From NCBI GenBank assembly GCA_964523195.1, contig CAZFYV010000002.1:1-34316 (forward strand): 34,316 bases of DNA. The letters are read 5' to 3'. The notes beneath the pieces were generated by a model that saw nothing but the letters and a program-made list of their open reading frames with translations, searched no databases and was not told the origin of the DNA. Of this stretch, positions 1 through 8,186 are shown piece by piece. This DNA comes from an uncultured Pseudobdellovibrionaceae bacterium. GTDB taxonomy: Bacteria > Bdellovibrionota > Bdellovibrionia > Bdellovibrionales > JAGQZY01. A program made the translations under genes and the position numbers. How positions within the stretch are numbered: the first letter of the stretch is position 1; the number at the start of each line of letters is the position of its first letter.

Positions 1-193
1 GTCCTTGCTTGGCTGCCGACTCCAGGTCTGAAGGGGATTTTCGATCTCCAATAACTCTTGTTGCGTTTGGAGTTTCTGGGGTGTTGCCTCGATTAAAAAG
101 AAATACCTGGTGTCCTATTTGAATAAGACGCTCAACGAGTTGTTTGCCAAAAAAACGACTTCCACCTAAAACTAGTATTTTCTTTTTTTGCAT
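1..193 (-). CDS. NAD-dependent epimerase/dehydratase family protein, N-terminal fragment (gene runs off the left edge)
   Basis: A reverse-strand ATG at 193-191 opens MQKKKILVLGGSRFFGKQLVERLIQIGHQVFLFNRGN..., a GxxGxxG Rossmann N-terminus. It is absent from the ORF track because the window edge truncates it. Confidence 0.55.
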   Translation of the reverse strand, partial: MQKKKILVLGGSRFFGKQLVERLIQIGHQVFLFNRGNTPETPNATRVIGDRKSPSDLESAAKQG

Positions 194-760
194 TCCCATA
201 GAATAATCTCTCTAGTAGAGCAAATTAGTTTATATCTGCTGCAATTTGAAAGGTCTATTAAATTGACCAGTGATTCAAAACAAAAGAGCACAGATCAATC
301 TCCTTATCGCCTTAAGGCTCAAGGTGAAGATATTGAGAGGTTGTCGAGGTTTCTTGATGAATCTATTTCGTTACCTTTTGGTTTGAAGGTGGGGTGGGAT
401 TCGGTAATTGGCCTCATACCTGGAGCTGGTGATTATATAACTTCTTTTTTAAGTTTATATATCGTTTTTCGATCAGCACAGATGGGTGCTAATTTTAATT
501 CAATTATCCGTATGTTGCTGAATATTTTGTTGGATGTAGGGATCGGTCAGATTCCTTTTCTTGGTGATGTATTTGATATTTTTTGGAAGTCTAACAAAAG
601 AAATATAGAAATCTTCAAATCTCTAAAGAGTGATCCCGTTAAGGCTAATAAATCGAGTCGAGTTTATTTGTTTCTTGTTTTGAGTTTAATCATTTTGAGT
701 GCGGCAGGAATTCTGACTTTAGCCTACATGAGTGTTCAGTATTTACTTGGCCTGTTTTAA
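188..760 (+). CDS. DUF4112 family membrane protein (start uncertain)
   Basis: GWDSVIGLIPGAGDYIT ... IPFLGDVFDIFWKSNKRN matches the DUF4112 signature, followed by a C-terminal TM helix. The track start at 188 is a TTG that overlaps the divergent gene's ATG. An in-frame TTG at 263, preceded by GAAAGG, is a more plausible start. Confidence 0.65.
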   Translation: MHSHRIISLVEQISLYLLQFERSIKLTSDSKQKSTDQSPYRLKAQGEDIERLSRFLDESISLPFGLKVGWDSVIGLIPGAGDYITSFLSLYIVFRSAQMGANFNSIIRMLLNILLDVGIGQIPFLGDVFDIFWKSNKRNIEIFKSLKSDPVKANKSSRVYLFLVLSLIILSAAGILTLAYMSVQYLLGLF

Positions 761-934
761 GTTTATTGAACTCATTGTTCATGGTTTCTAAAACTTTTAG
801 TCGAATCCAAAACGTACAATTTGTCTCATTTTATTATGACATTGAACGGGGAGTCGGGAAAAGAGCTGGGCCTTTTCCAATAATTCTAATAAAATGTACT
901 TAATAACAGATTTAGAGGATATTAGAGGATATCG

Positions 935-1345
935 ATGGTTTTCCAGATTAGTTACATTAGTGGAACAGTTCACAATTTTTCAGAGCAAGATCTGCAAGAT
1001 TTACTGAAAAAAGCTCGGGCAAAAAATTCGGCAAAAAACATAACTGGATTTCTAGTTTTTGATGGCACACACTTTTTTCAGCTTTTGGAGGGCGATGAAG
1101 AGAGTGTTAGAGGTTTATACGATACAATCTCAAGTGACCCTAGACATAAAAATGTCACGACTCTCATGGAGCAAAATATTGATGATCGATTGTTGCCTGA
1201 CTGGTCGATGCAATATTTCTTGCCTGGCGATTTCGAGTTGAAAGATCGACTTTCAATCTTGGATGTCCTGGCCCAGAAGCATGAGAAAGAAAATTTAGCA
1301 AATATCCTAAGAGGCTTACGCTTTCCAGCTACGAGTCATTTCTAG
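935..1345 (+). CDS. Short stand-alone BLUF domain protein (FAD blue-light sensor)
   Basis: N-terminus QISYISG...NITGFLVFDGTHFFQLLEGDEESV...DPRH...W-S-M. The photocycle residues are present at Tyr7, Asn35, Gln49, Trp90 and Met92. AGAGGA Shine-Dalgarno 5 nt upstream. Confidence 0.85.
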   Translation: MVFQISYISGTVHNFSEQDLQDLLKKARAKNSAKNITGFLVFDGTHFFQLLEGDEESVRGLYDTISSDPRHKNVTTLMEQNIDDRLLPDWSMQYFLPGDFELKDRLSILDVLAQKHEKENLANILRGLRFPATSHF

Positions 1346-1441
1346 AATCGAAGCGACATAGTGCGCCAGTACTTTAATCCAGTGTCTGTTCTCCATAGAA
1401 TCTGAAGTTCAAGGACGGGACTTTATTTACATGGAGGGATT

Positions 1442-2899
1442 ATGGGAATCCGCATACTTTTAGCCATCGTGCTTTTAAGTTTGGGAATGAAAGTCGGTGC
1501 ACAATCACTGGTGTCATCTTCGCAACTCAACCGATTTCAAATTTCATTAATAGGTTATGATTATTACTCAGCTATGGGTTTGCTCGAATATTTGAACAAT
1601 TCGGGTATAGATATCTCAGGTATTAACTGGGAGGCTGGATATGTGGAGACGATCGTTTCTACGTCAGACATTGCCTTGCTAACTTCATACGGATTGAATG
1701 GTCAAATCGTCGAATCGAATGCATTGGGAACTGAGAATGCCATCGAAGCCGATGATCGTTATCTGAATCCGAAAGAAGTAGAAGCAATACTAACTCAGAT
1801 CGCTAATTCCGCTCCAGAACTCACTCAACTAAATGTCATTGGTAAAAGTTTTCTTGGTGAGCCAATTTACGGATTACTTTTGTCAACAACCCCTGATGTA
1901 AATAATCCTAGTTATCATACGAAGCCTTCAATTCTGATAGATGGACTTCATCATGCACGGGAAGTTATTACTCCTGAAATTTCAATTCAATTTGCTTGGT
2001 CTCTCTTGGCTGCGGCTTATGCTGAAAACGAATTTGCAATCGAGCTTATTAAAAGGTGGAACGTATGGATTGTTCCAATGCTCAATGTAGATGGGTCCAA
2101 TATTGTTTGGTCTAAAAACAGTTATTGGAGAAAAAATGCACGAGCTAATGGTAGTCGCACTTTTGGAGTCGATGTAAATCGAAACTATAATTACCAATTT
2201 GGTAAGTGTAGAGGTTCATCGGGCATGAAGAGCTCTCAAACATATCGCGGTGAGGGGCCTGCAAGTGAGCCAGAAACTCAAGCATTGATTGGTCTTGCAG
2301 AAGCTATAAAACCGGCTGCTTATATTTCTTACCATTCATTTAGTGAATTGGTATTGATCCCCTATGGATGTACGGGTTCAAAAACTGGAGAGCATGAAAC
2401 TCTAACGAATTTAGCAAAAGAATTTGCACTGCAACTTCCAACTGAGAATGGAAGAGGGCATTACAAGGCTGGAACTGCATGGGAGATTTTGTATGGTGTG
2501 GATGGAGATTCCATGAGCCATATGTTTGCTAACTACGGTGCAGTTTCAATAACACTGGAAGTTGGAACAGAATTTCATCCTCCTTATAGTAAAAGAGACA
2601 ATCTAGTAAATACTCATACTAACGCTTTGTTGTGGCTCTTTGAGAAAATGAGCTCTAATATGTTTACTTTGTATATTGATAATCAGTTTGGTTTTGTTAA
2701 TGAACCAGCATTGATTGAAGTTTTGCCAATCGAGCATACGCAAGGCGAACGCCCTTTTGCTACAAACAGAGGAAATTACTTTCACAAAGTATTAATGCCT
2801 GGGGAATACCTGATTAGAGTTGTGACCAGAGATGGGAGAAAAGCCGAGAAGCGATTGACCATGACTGGAAGACCTCAATCAATGACGATCAGTCTGTAG
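1442..2899 (+). CDS. Secreted M14 family zinc carboxypeptidase with a C-terminal beta-sandwich (CarboxypepD_reg-like) domain
   Basis: Signal peptide; zinc motif HHAREVITPE (HxxE); NVDG, VDVNRNY; second His in SYHSFSE; catalytic Glu in ITLEVG. GGAGGG RBS before the ATG. Confidence 0.85.
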   Translation: MGIRILLAIVLLSLGMKVGAQSLVSSSQLNRFQISLIGYDYYSAMGLLEYLNNSGIDISGINWEAGYVETIVSTSDIALLTSYGLNGQIVESNALGTENAIEADDRYLNPKEVEAILTQIANSAPELTQLNVIGKSFLGEPIYGLLLSTTPDVNNPSYHTKPSILIDGLHHAREVITPEISIQFAWSLLAAAYAENEFAIELIKRWNVWIVPMLNVDGSNIVWSKNSYWRKNARANGSRTFGVDVNRNYNYQFGKCRGSSGMKSSQTYRGEGPASEPETQALIGLAEAIKPAAYISYHSFSELVLIPYGCTGSKTGEHETLTNLAKEFALQLPTENGRGHYKAGTAWEILYGVDGDSMSHMFANYGAVSITLEVGTEFHPPYSKRDNLVNTHTNALLWLFEKMSSNMFTLYIDNQFGFVNEPALIEVLPIEHTQGERPFATNRGNYFHKVLMPGEYLIRVVTRDGRKAEKRLTMTGRPQSMTISL

Positions 2900-2926
2900 T
2901 TGGAGCTTACGTAATACTGTTTAAAG

Positions 2927-2950
2927 AGGGGAGTTTTGCTCCCCTTTTTT
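2927..2950. terminator. Bidirectional rho-independent terminator between convergent genes
   Basis: Stem AGGGGAG (2927-2933) / CTCCCCT (2939-2945), loop TTTTG, T-run 2945-2950 and an A-run upstream. Confidence 0.6.
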
Positions 2951-3503
2951 ATTTTGAATTTTCAAAAACTGCCTGAAGTGGTGTTCCACCTTTTTCTTTG
3001 CATGCAATGTCTGTTTCCATAAAAAATTGATTTCTGTAGGCGTCCAAATCACTCTCACTTAAAGTAGTTTCATTTGAACCTGCGGGTGCGTTCTCTTTCT
3101 TTTTGGAGCGAACATAGGCTTCTAAATAGTAAATTTTTGATGTTAATACAGTCATCGAAGACTCCACACTTTTTTGATAGGAGAAGCATTCGTTAAAATT
3201 GCTGTCTTTAAGATCATTGGATAGGCAAACCAGGTCGGTAGCAAATGAACCCTGATTGTTTGCGCAGTCCCTTGAGTATAGTCTTATAGCTTTGTCGACT
3301 AACTCTAAATCGGTTCCGAATCTAAACCAATAGCTTTGGCAGCTACCGTCTGGCATTTGGCAGCCTCCGAATGTAGCGTCTTGTTTTTGAATGTCTGCAA
3401 TACTGATTCCTGAAGAATTTTCTGATTTCGTTTGTTCGACTTTAATATTAGAACACGCACTTAGCATTACCGCTAAGGCGAGTGCCATGCCTAATCTCCC
3501 CAT
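2949..3503 (-). CDS. Cys-rich lipoprotein, function unknown
   Basis: MGRLGMALALAVMLSAC carries the lipobox LSAC, with an AAGGAG RBS upstream of this ATG. The track ORF extends 15 codons further upstream (to 3548), probably spuriously. The mature part contains 8 further Cys. Confidence 0.6.
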   Translation of the reverse strand: MGRLGMALALAVMLSACSNIKVEQTKSENSSGISIADIQKQDATFGGCQMPDGSCQSYWFRFGTDLELVDKAIRLYSRDCANNQGSFATDLVCLSNDLKDSNFNECFSYQKSVESSMTVLTSKIYYLEAYVRSKKKENAPAGSNETTLSESDLDAYRNQFFMETDIACKEKGGTPLQAVFENSK

Positions 3504-3660
3504 CTCTCTGCTCCTTTTTAAGCTAAATAAGAGCAAGATGCTTACCAAGTATTGACGCGCGAGAGTGGTATTCTGAGGCAGACATTGGTGAGCTGACTAA
3601 AGAATATACACAAAGAAGCTTGATCTCAGAACTAAGGATGCTTAAGTTGGAGGGTATAAG

Positions 3661-4629
3661 ATGTTAACCGGGGGCGAAATGAACCGAGATGATGTGACCA
3701 AATCTTTCAAAAATAAGGGTTACACAGACGACGATATTAGATTGTTGTTCCCACTTTTAGAGCGGATACAAGAGAAGTATCAGAATGAGACGTCAGAAGG
3801 CGAGTTTGCTGATCAGGCTGTTGAAGAAGCTATTTCTGCTTTCTCAAAAATTTCTGAATCTGGAGAGGCTTCTCCTGGTGCCCGTCAACCTAAGATGGAC
3901 ATGGTTCAATACAAAGCCTTGTTTCGAGTAGGTCTTTTATTTTTTGTTTTAATTATTGGTTTTTTGAGTTGGTATTTTTTTAGAACTGATATTGAGCGAC
4001 CTCAAATCGTTAAAGATTATCGCAAAGGCTTGTATCTTCCAGAGCGCAGTAAAGGTGATACATTTAAGTATCAAGTCAGAGTATTTAAAAATGATGCTGA
4101 ATCTGAGGCCTATGAAGAGATTTTTAAAGTTGTAAATGAGAATAAGACTGAGATCGAGTGGAAAATAGAACGCCCAAGTAAAGGGACTGAGGCGAGAATG
4201 TGGACTTATTTGAATCCTTTCATGCAGCCTTTAAAAAGCGAGGGTTATTTTGAAGGAGATACTACTCTCGTTCGATACTCTGGGAATGTCGATTCTATTT
4301 TTCCATTAAAAGCTGAACGAGGTTTCTCTGTTGAAGTGCTAAGGGACTCTGATGTTTTTGGTGAAAGCAAATATAAGGAAGAGTGTAAAGTAGGTTCTCA
4401 ATCAATGGCGGCTACTGCAGTCGGAGATCTACAGCAGATCCAAGTTATGTGCACAAAACAAAAAGAGGCAGGCCAACCAAGTGTTTACCGAGAGTTTTCC
4501 TATTCAACCTTGATTGGTTATTTCGTTAAGGTTACCGAGATTGAAGAACTCGGTGAAGATATCATCCGAATCGAAAAAGAGCTTATCGGTGTTGAGGGAA
4601 TCAAAGCTCTTAAAAGTAGAAATCAATAA
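3661..4629 (+). CDS. Hypothetical bitopic membrane protein (acidic cytoplasmic N-domain, one TM, about 215-aa extracytoplasmic domain)
   Basis: GGAGGG RBS; TM segment LFRVGLLFFVLIIGFLSWYFF. I recognise no family motif. Confidence 0.5.
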   Translation: MLTGGEMNRDDVTKSFKNKGYTDDDIRLLFPLLERIQEKYQNETSEGEFADQAVEEAISAFSKISESGEASPGARQPKMDMVQYKALFRVGLLFFVLIIGFLSWYFFRTDIERPQIVKDYRKGLYLPERSKGDTFKYQVRVFKNDAESEAYEEIFKVVNENKTEIEWKIERPSKGTEARMWTYLNPFMQPLKSEGYFEGDTTLVRYSGNVDSIFPLKAERGFSVEVLRDSDVFGESKYKEECKVGSQSMAATAVGDLQQIQVMCTKQKEAGQPSVYREFSYSTLIGYFVKVTEIEELGEDIIRIEKELIGVEGIKALKSRNQ

Positions 4630-4796
4630 GTGTCATTCTTTTTGAATAAGAGAGTTCATTTCTAAAGCGTTAACGCATAGAGTTAGCGCCATTCCTTCCC
4701 GGTTCAAATTCGTTTGTTCCCTATGAATTTCATCACAATTTGACTCGTTGCTGATGTGGTGGTTTTTTATGGGTCATGTAATTTGTAGGGGGAATA

Positions 4797-6749
4797 ATGA
4801 AGTTATTGGTTACTCTTTCGCTGTTTTTTATACCACAAGTCTTGATGGCAAATATGGTTTACTTGAGCCAAGTCGGTGATGAGAGACGAGTCGTATTAGC
4901 TGATGATCAAGGTCAATTCATCAAATACTTAACTCCTAAATCGGAGCACGCTTATCATCCCGAGATCAGCAGTGACGGAAGGTTTGTTGCGTATTCAATA
5001 GGGAGGATAGAGCCTGGTAATGTTTCGGTACGCATAGAAGTTTTAGATCTAAGAGATCAAGTCAGAGAGATTTGGACTCCCATGGATTACCAGTATATTC
5101 ATGCAGAGTTTTCTGGTGATGGACATTACTTATCATTTAGTGGTCCTAGAAAATTAAAAGATGGTACCACTGTCCAAAATATTATGCGCATCCATTTGCC
5201 GACTGAAAGATCTAAAACATTTAAGTCGGTTCGATCGTCTGATCAGTATGAGACTCGAAGATATACTCCTAGATATGAAACAATTGAAAGTTCTATTGAG
5301 GCCTATTTCCCTGCTGTTTCATCAGATGGAGCCTTTGTTGTATTTCATGAAACTAAAGATAGCTCTTCGAAGACTTCTCCGAAAGAGCTTTGGATGTATG
5401 ACTATCGAACTAAAAAGAAAACACAAATCAGTGGGCAAGGTGTTCACGCGATGGTTCCCTCTTTATCTGCAGACAACAGATATGTTGCCTATGCAGGAGT
5501 CATAAATAAACAGTGGGATATTTTCAGAATAGACCTTGCTGATGGAAGTTTGCTACAGATTACTGATTCACCGGAGAGGGAATTTACGCCGATTTATAGG
5601 AGAACCGGTGAAATATACTTTACTATGTTGGATGACTCAAAGGGGTTTGAACTTGATATCTACAGTATAAGTAGAGAAGAGGCTATGGGCACCACCTTTG
5701 TAGTTAATCCTCAACCATTTATTGCTAAAAAAGGTGTCTTTGAATATGTTCCTGCCTTTGCTGGAGATACATCAATTTCTAAAACGATCGAGCCTTCTTT
5801 TCCAAGCCCCGCAAGATCGTCGTTCGCATCGGTAACAAGTGATACTAAAATCTTTGTTATTGGTGGGCATCAGGGGCCAGAGCACACTTACCCTGAAGAT
5901 TCTTTTTTAGATCGTATGGATATATACGATGTCCTAACTGAAGCTTGGACTCAAGGAGCTCCCATGCCGACTCCTCGACATGGATTTGAAGCAATTGCTC
6001 ATGAAGGGTTTATCTACGTTTTTGGAGGATTTGCGTTTTCACATGACCATAACCCAAAATGGAAGTCCCTCGATTCTATAGAAAGATATGATATTTTCGC
6101 TGATAAGTGGGAAACACTTCCTGTAAGGCTACCAATTCCTCGTTCATCCAATGTAATAGCGAAAATAGGAACGAAGGTTTATTTGTTGGGTGGATGGAAT
6201 TCGACTCCAAAGTTTGATGGGGATAAAGAAGGTAAATTTCATTCTCAGATTGATGTTTTTGACTTGGAAACTGAGACAATCACCTCTCTACCTTATTTGT
6301 TACCGGATCCTTTGCGAAGAGCTTTCACAGCCGTTGTTGTTAAAGATGAGGTTTATTTACTAGGTGGAATTTCCGAAGGTGCCAGTCACTTTGATTGGTT
6401 AGATAATGTAACGAAATTTAATCCAGCAACTTCTGAATTTACCGAGTTAGAAAGACTTCCTTTTAAAACTTTTGCGCCTGGAGCTGGGTTTCATAATGGC
6501 AAGTTGTTTTTATTTGGTGGAATGGCTGAGGGTTTAAGCTACGTGAATACGATTTATACTTTTGAATTAAATCAACCAAATGCTCTGTGGAATAACCTGG
6601 GTCGATATTTAAATGAGAGTAAGGGTTTTCCAATAGTTGTAGATCATCCAGATGGTGGCTTAGGAATTCTAGGAGGACACCAATATTTGTTCCCGCAACC
6701 GGGGAAAATTATTGATCACCCTGTTTCGACATTTGAGTGGTTGAGATAG
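4797..6749 (+). CDS. Secreted double beta-propeller protein: TolB-like PD40 repeats (N-half) fused to Kelch repeats (C-half)
   Basis: Signal peptide. PD40-type repeats: HPEISSDGRFVAYS, EFSGDGHYLSFS, AVSSDGAFVVFH, SLSADNRYVAYA. Kelch-type GG blades: IFVIGGH, IYVFGGF, VYLLGGW, VYLLGGI, LFLFGGM. Confidence 0.75.
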   Translation: MKLLVTLSLFFIPQVLMANMVYLSQVGDERRVVLADDQGQFIKYLTPKSEHAYHPEISSDGRFVAYSIGRIEPGNVSVRIEVLDLRDQVREIWTPMDYQYIHAEFSGDGHYLSFSGPRKLKDGTTVQNIMRIHLPTERSKTFKSVRSSDQYETRRYTPRYETIESSIEAYFPAVSSDGAFVVFHETKDSSSKTSPKELWMYDYRTKKKTQISGQGVHAMVPSLSADNRYVAYAGVINKQWDIFRIDLADGSLLQITDSPEREFTPIYRRTGEIYFTMLDDSKGFELDIYSISREEAMGTTFVVNPQPFIAKKGVFEYVPAFAGDTSISKTIEPSFPSPARSSFASVTSDTKIFVIGGHQGPEHTYPEDSFLDRMDIYDVLTEAWTQGAPMPTPRHGFEAIAHEGFIYVFGGFAFSHDHNPKWKSLDSIERYDIFADKWETLPVRLPIPRSSNVIAKIGTKVYLLGGWNSTPKFDGDKEGKFHSQIDVFDLETETITSLPYLLPDPLRRAFTAVVVKDEVYLLGGISEGASHFDWLDNVTKFNPATSEFTELERLPFKTFAPGAGFHNGKLFLFGGMAEGLSYVNTIYTFELNQPNALWNNLGRYLNESKGFPIVVDHPDGGLGILGGHQYLFPQPGKIIDHPVSTFEWLR

Positions 6750-6777
6750 AATTTTTTTAAAATTTTCTTTGAAGAGG

Positions 6778-6805
6778 GCCAGTACAAATTATGTGCTGGC
6801 TTTTT
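6778..6805 (+). terminator. Rho-independent terminator after the propeller gene
   Basis: Stem GCCAGTAC (6778-6785) / GTGCTGGC (6793-6800) with one G-U pair, loop AAATTAT, then TTTTT. The T-tract overlaps the stop codon of the convergent ORF. Confidence 0.5.
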
Positions 6806-7412
6806 ATCTTAAGGGTAAATAGCTGGACCAAGTTTTGATTTGAATTTGATTTTCTTCATCGTTAATTTCAATTTTAGTGTCGTACTGATCCTCTTTGAGT
6901 AAAGACAATGCATACATTCCAGAGCCAATTCCTGGGCCAAAAAAATCTAGCCAGCACAAATTTAAATCTTGATCACATATTTCAGGGTTGTTCTTTATAG
7001 GCTTCGCAAGTTCGGGGATAATCGGAAGTCTAAATAGTTGAGTTAGCATAGATTTCAAATCCTCATTTTGATTATCGAACTTGAGTTCGACTTTGAATGA
7101 GGGGCTTTCTTGATCGAAAACACTACCCGAAGCAGTTATTCCTTTGTGGGATGTAATCTCAGTTATCAATTTTAGCTTTGGACTTGCAATCATTGAAAAC
7201 GTAGCGTCAAAATCAAAATTGAAATCCTGAACCCGTCCCTCTGTAATACACATGGCCATCACACCATTGTGTAACTTCTGGCCAGCTAGACTTTGCGAAA
7301 GAGCACCAAGACCTTGAAAATAAAGGCGCCTAAATATATCGCCGCTTACATTGCAAAAGCCGCTAAGTTTCTCTTGGTCGATTAGCTCGTAGAGTTTTGG
7401 CTCAATATCCAT
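6804..7412 (-). CDS. Hypothetical cytoplasmic protein
   Basis: 202-codon ORF with no signal peptide and no motif I recognise. Bounded by a terminator and a promoter-sized gap. Confidence 0.45.
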   Translation of the reverse strand: MDIEPKLYELIDQEKLSGFCNVSGDIFRRLYFQGLGALSQSLAGQKLHNGVMAMCITEGRVQDFNFDFDATFSMIASPKLKLITEITSHKGITASGSVFDQESPSFKVELKFDNQNEDLKSMLTQLFRLPIIPELAKPIKNNPEICDQDLNLCWLDFFGPGIGSGMYALSLLKEDQYDTKIEINDEENQIQIKTWSSYLPLR

Positions 7413-7536
7413 CTCTTATTGGGTTCCCTTCAAGTCTTCAATGATAGCAGTTCTAGTATTAAATTGCTTTCATTTCTAGCTAAGACTATTCTTTTACTCA
7501 TCACAGTAGTTCGAAAGTCGAGTAGAGGAGATTTCT

Positions 7537-8178
7537 ATGAAAATTGGAGTTCTAGGGTCAGGGATTGTGGGAGAAACGTTAGCTAATGGTCTTCTTAAGC
7601 ATGGCTATGAGGTTGTTAGGGGTTCTAGAGATCCAGAAAAACTGAATGAGTGGTTGGCTTCTGCAGGATCAAATGCCTCTACCGGCACATTTTCAGAAGT
7701 TGCCGAAAATAGTGAGATGGTTTTCTTAGCAATCAAGGGTAATGCAGCCGAAGAAGCGCTAGAGCTTTGTGAAGCTGAAATTTCTAATAAGATTATTGTC
7801 GATGCAACGAACCCCATCTCAGATGAGCCGCCAGTAAATGGAGTTATAAATTATTTTACCGGAGCAGGTGAAAGTTTAATGGAAACTTTGCAGACTAGGT
7901 TTCAAAATGCGAAGTTTGTTAAAGCATTTTCTTGTGTTGGAAGTGGACTCATGGTGAATCCTGAATTTGGTGATCAGAGGCCTTCAATGTTTATTTGTGG
8001 AAATGATTCCAACGCAAAATCGGCGGTGTCTGAAATCTTAGATAAGTTTGGATGGGAAATAGAAGACATGGGTGAGGTTGAAGCCGCTAGAGCTATAGAG
8101 CCTTTAGCGATGTTGTGGTGTATACCAGGCTTCAAATCTAATCAGTGGAATCATGCTTTTAAACTTTTAAAGAAATAG
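7537..8178 (+). CDS. NADP oxidoreductase, coenzyme F420-dependent-like family (COG2085 dinucleotide-binding enzyme)
   Basis: MKIGVLGSGIVGETLANGL Rossmann N-terminus; about 210 aa, typical of the family; GAGGAG RBS. Confidence 0.65.
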   Translation: MKIGVLGSGIVGETLANGLLKHGYEVVRGSRDPEKLNEWLASAGSNASTGTFSEVAENSEMVFLAIKGNAAEEALELCEAEISNKIIVDATNPISDEPPVNGVINYFTGAGESLMETLQTRFQNAKFVKAFSCVGSGLMVNPEFGDQRPSMFICGNDSNAKSAVSEILDKFGWEIEDMGEVEAARAIEPLAMLWCIPGFKSNQWNHAFKLLKK

Positions 8179-8186
8179 GAATATTT

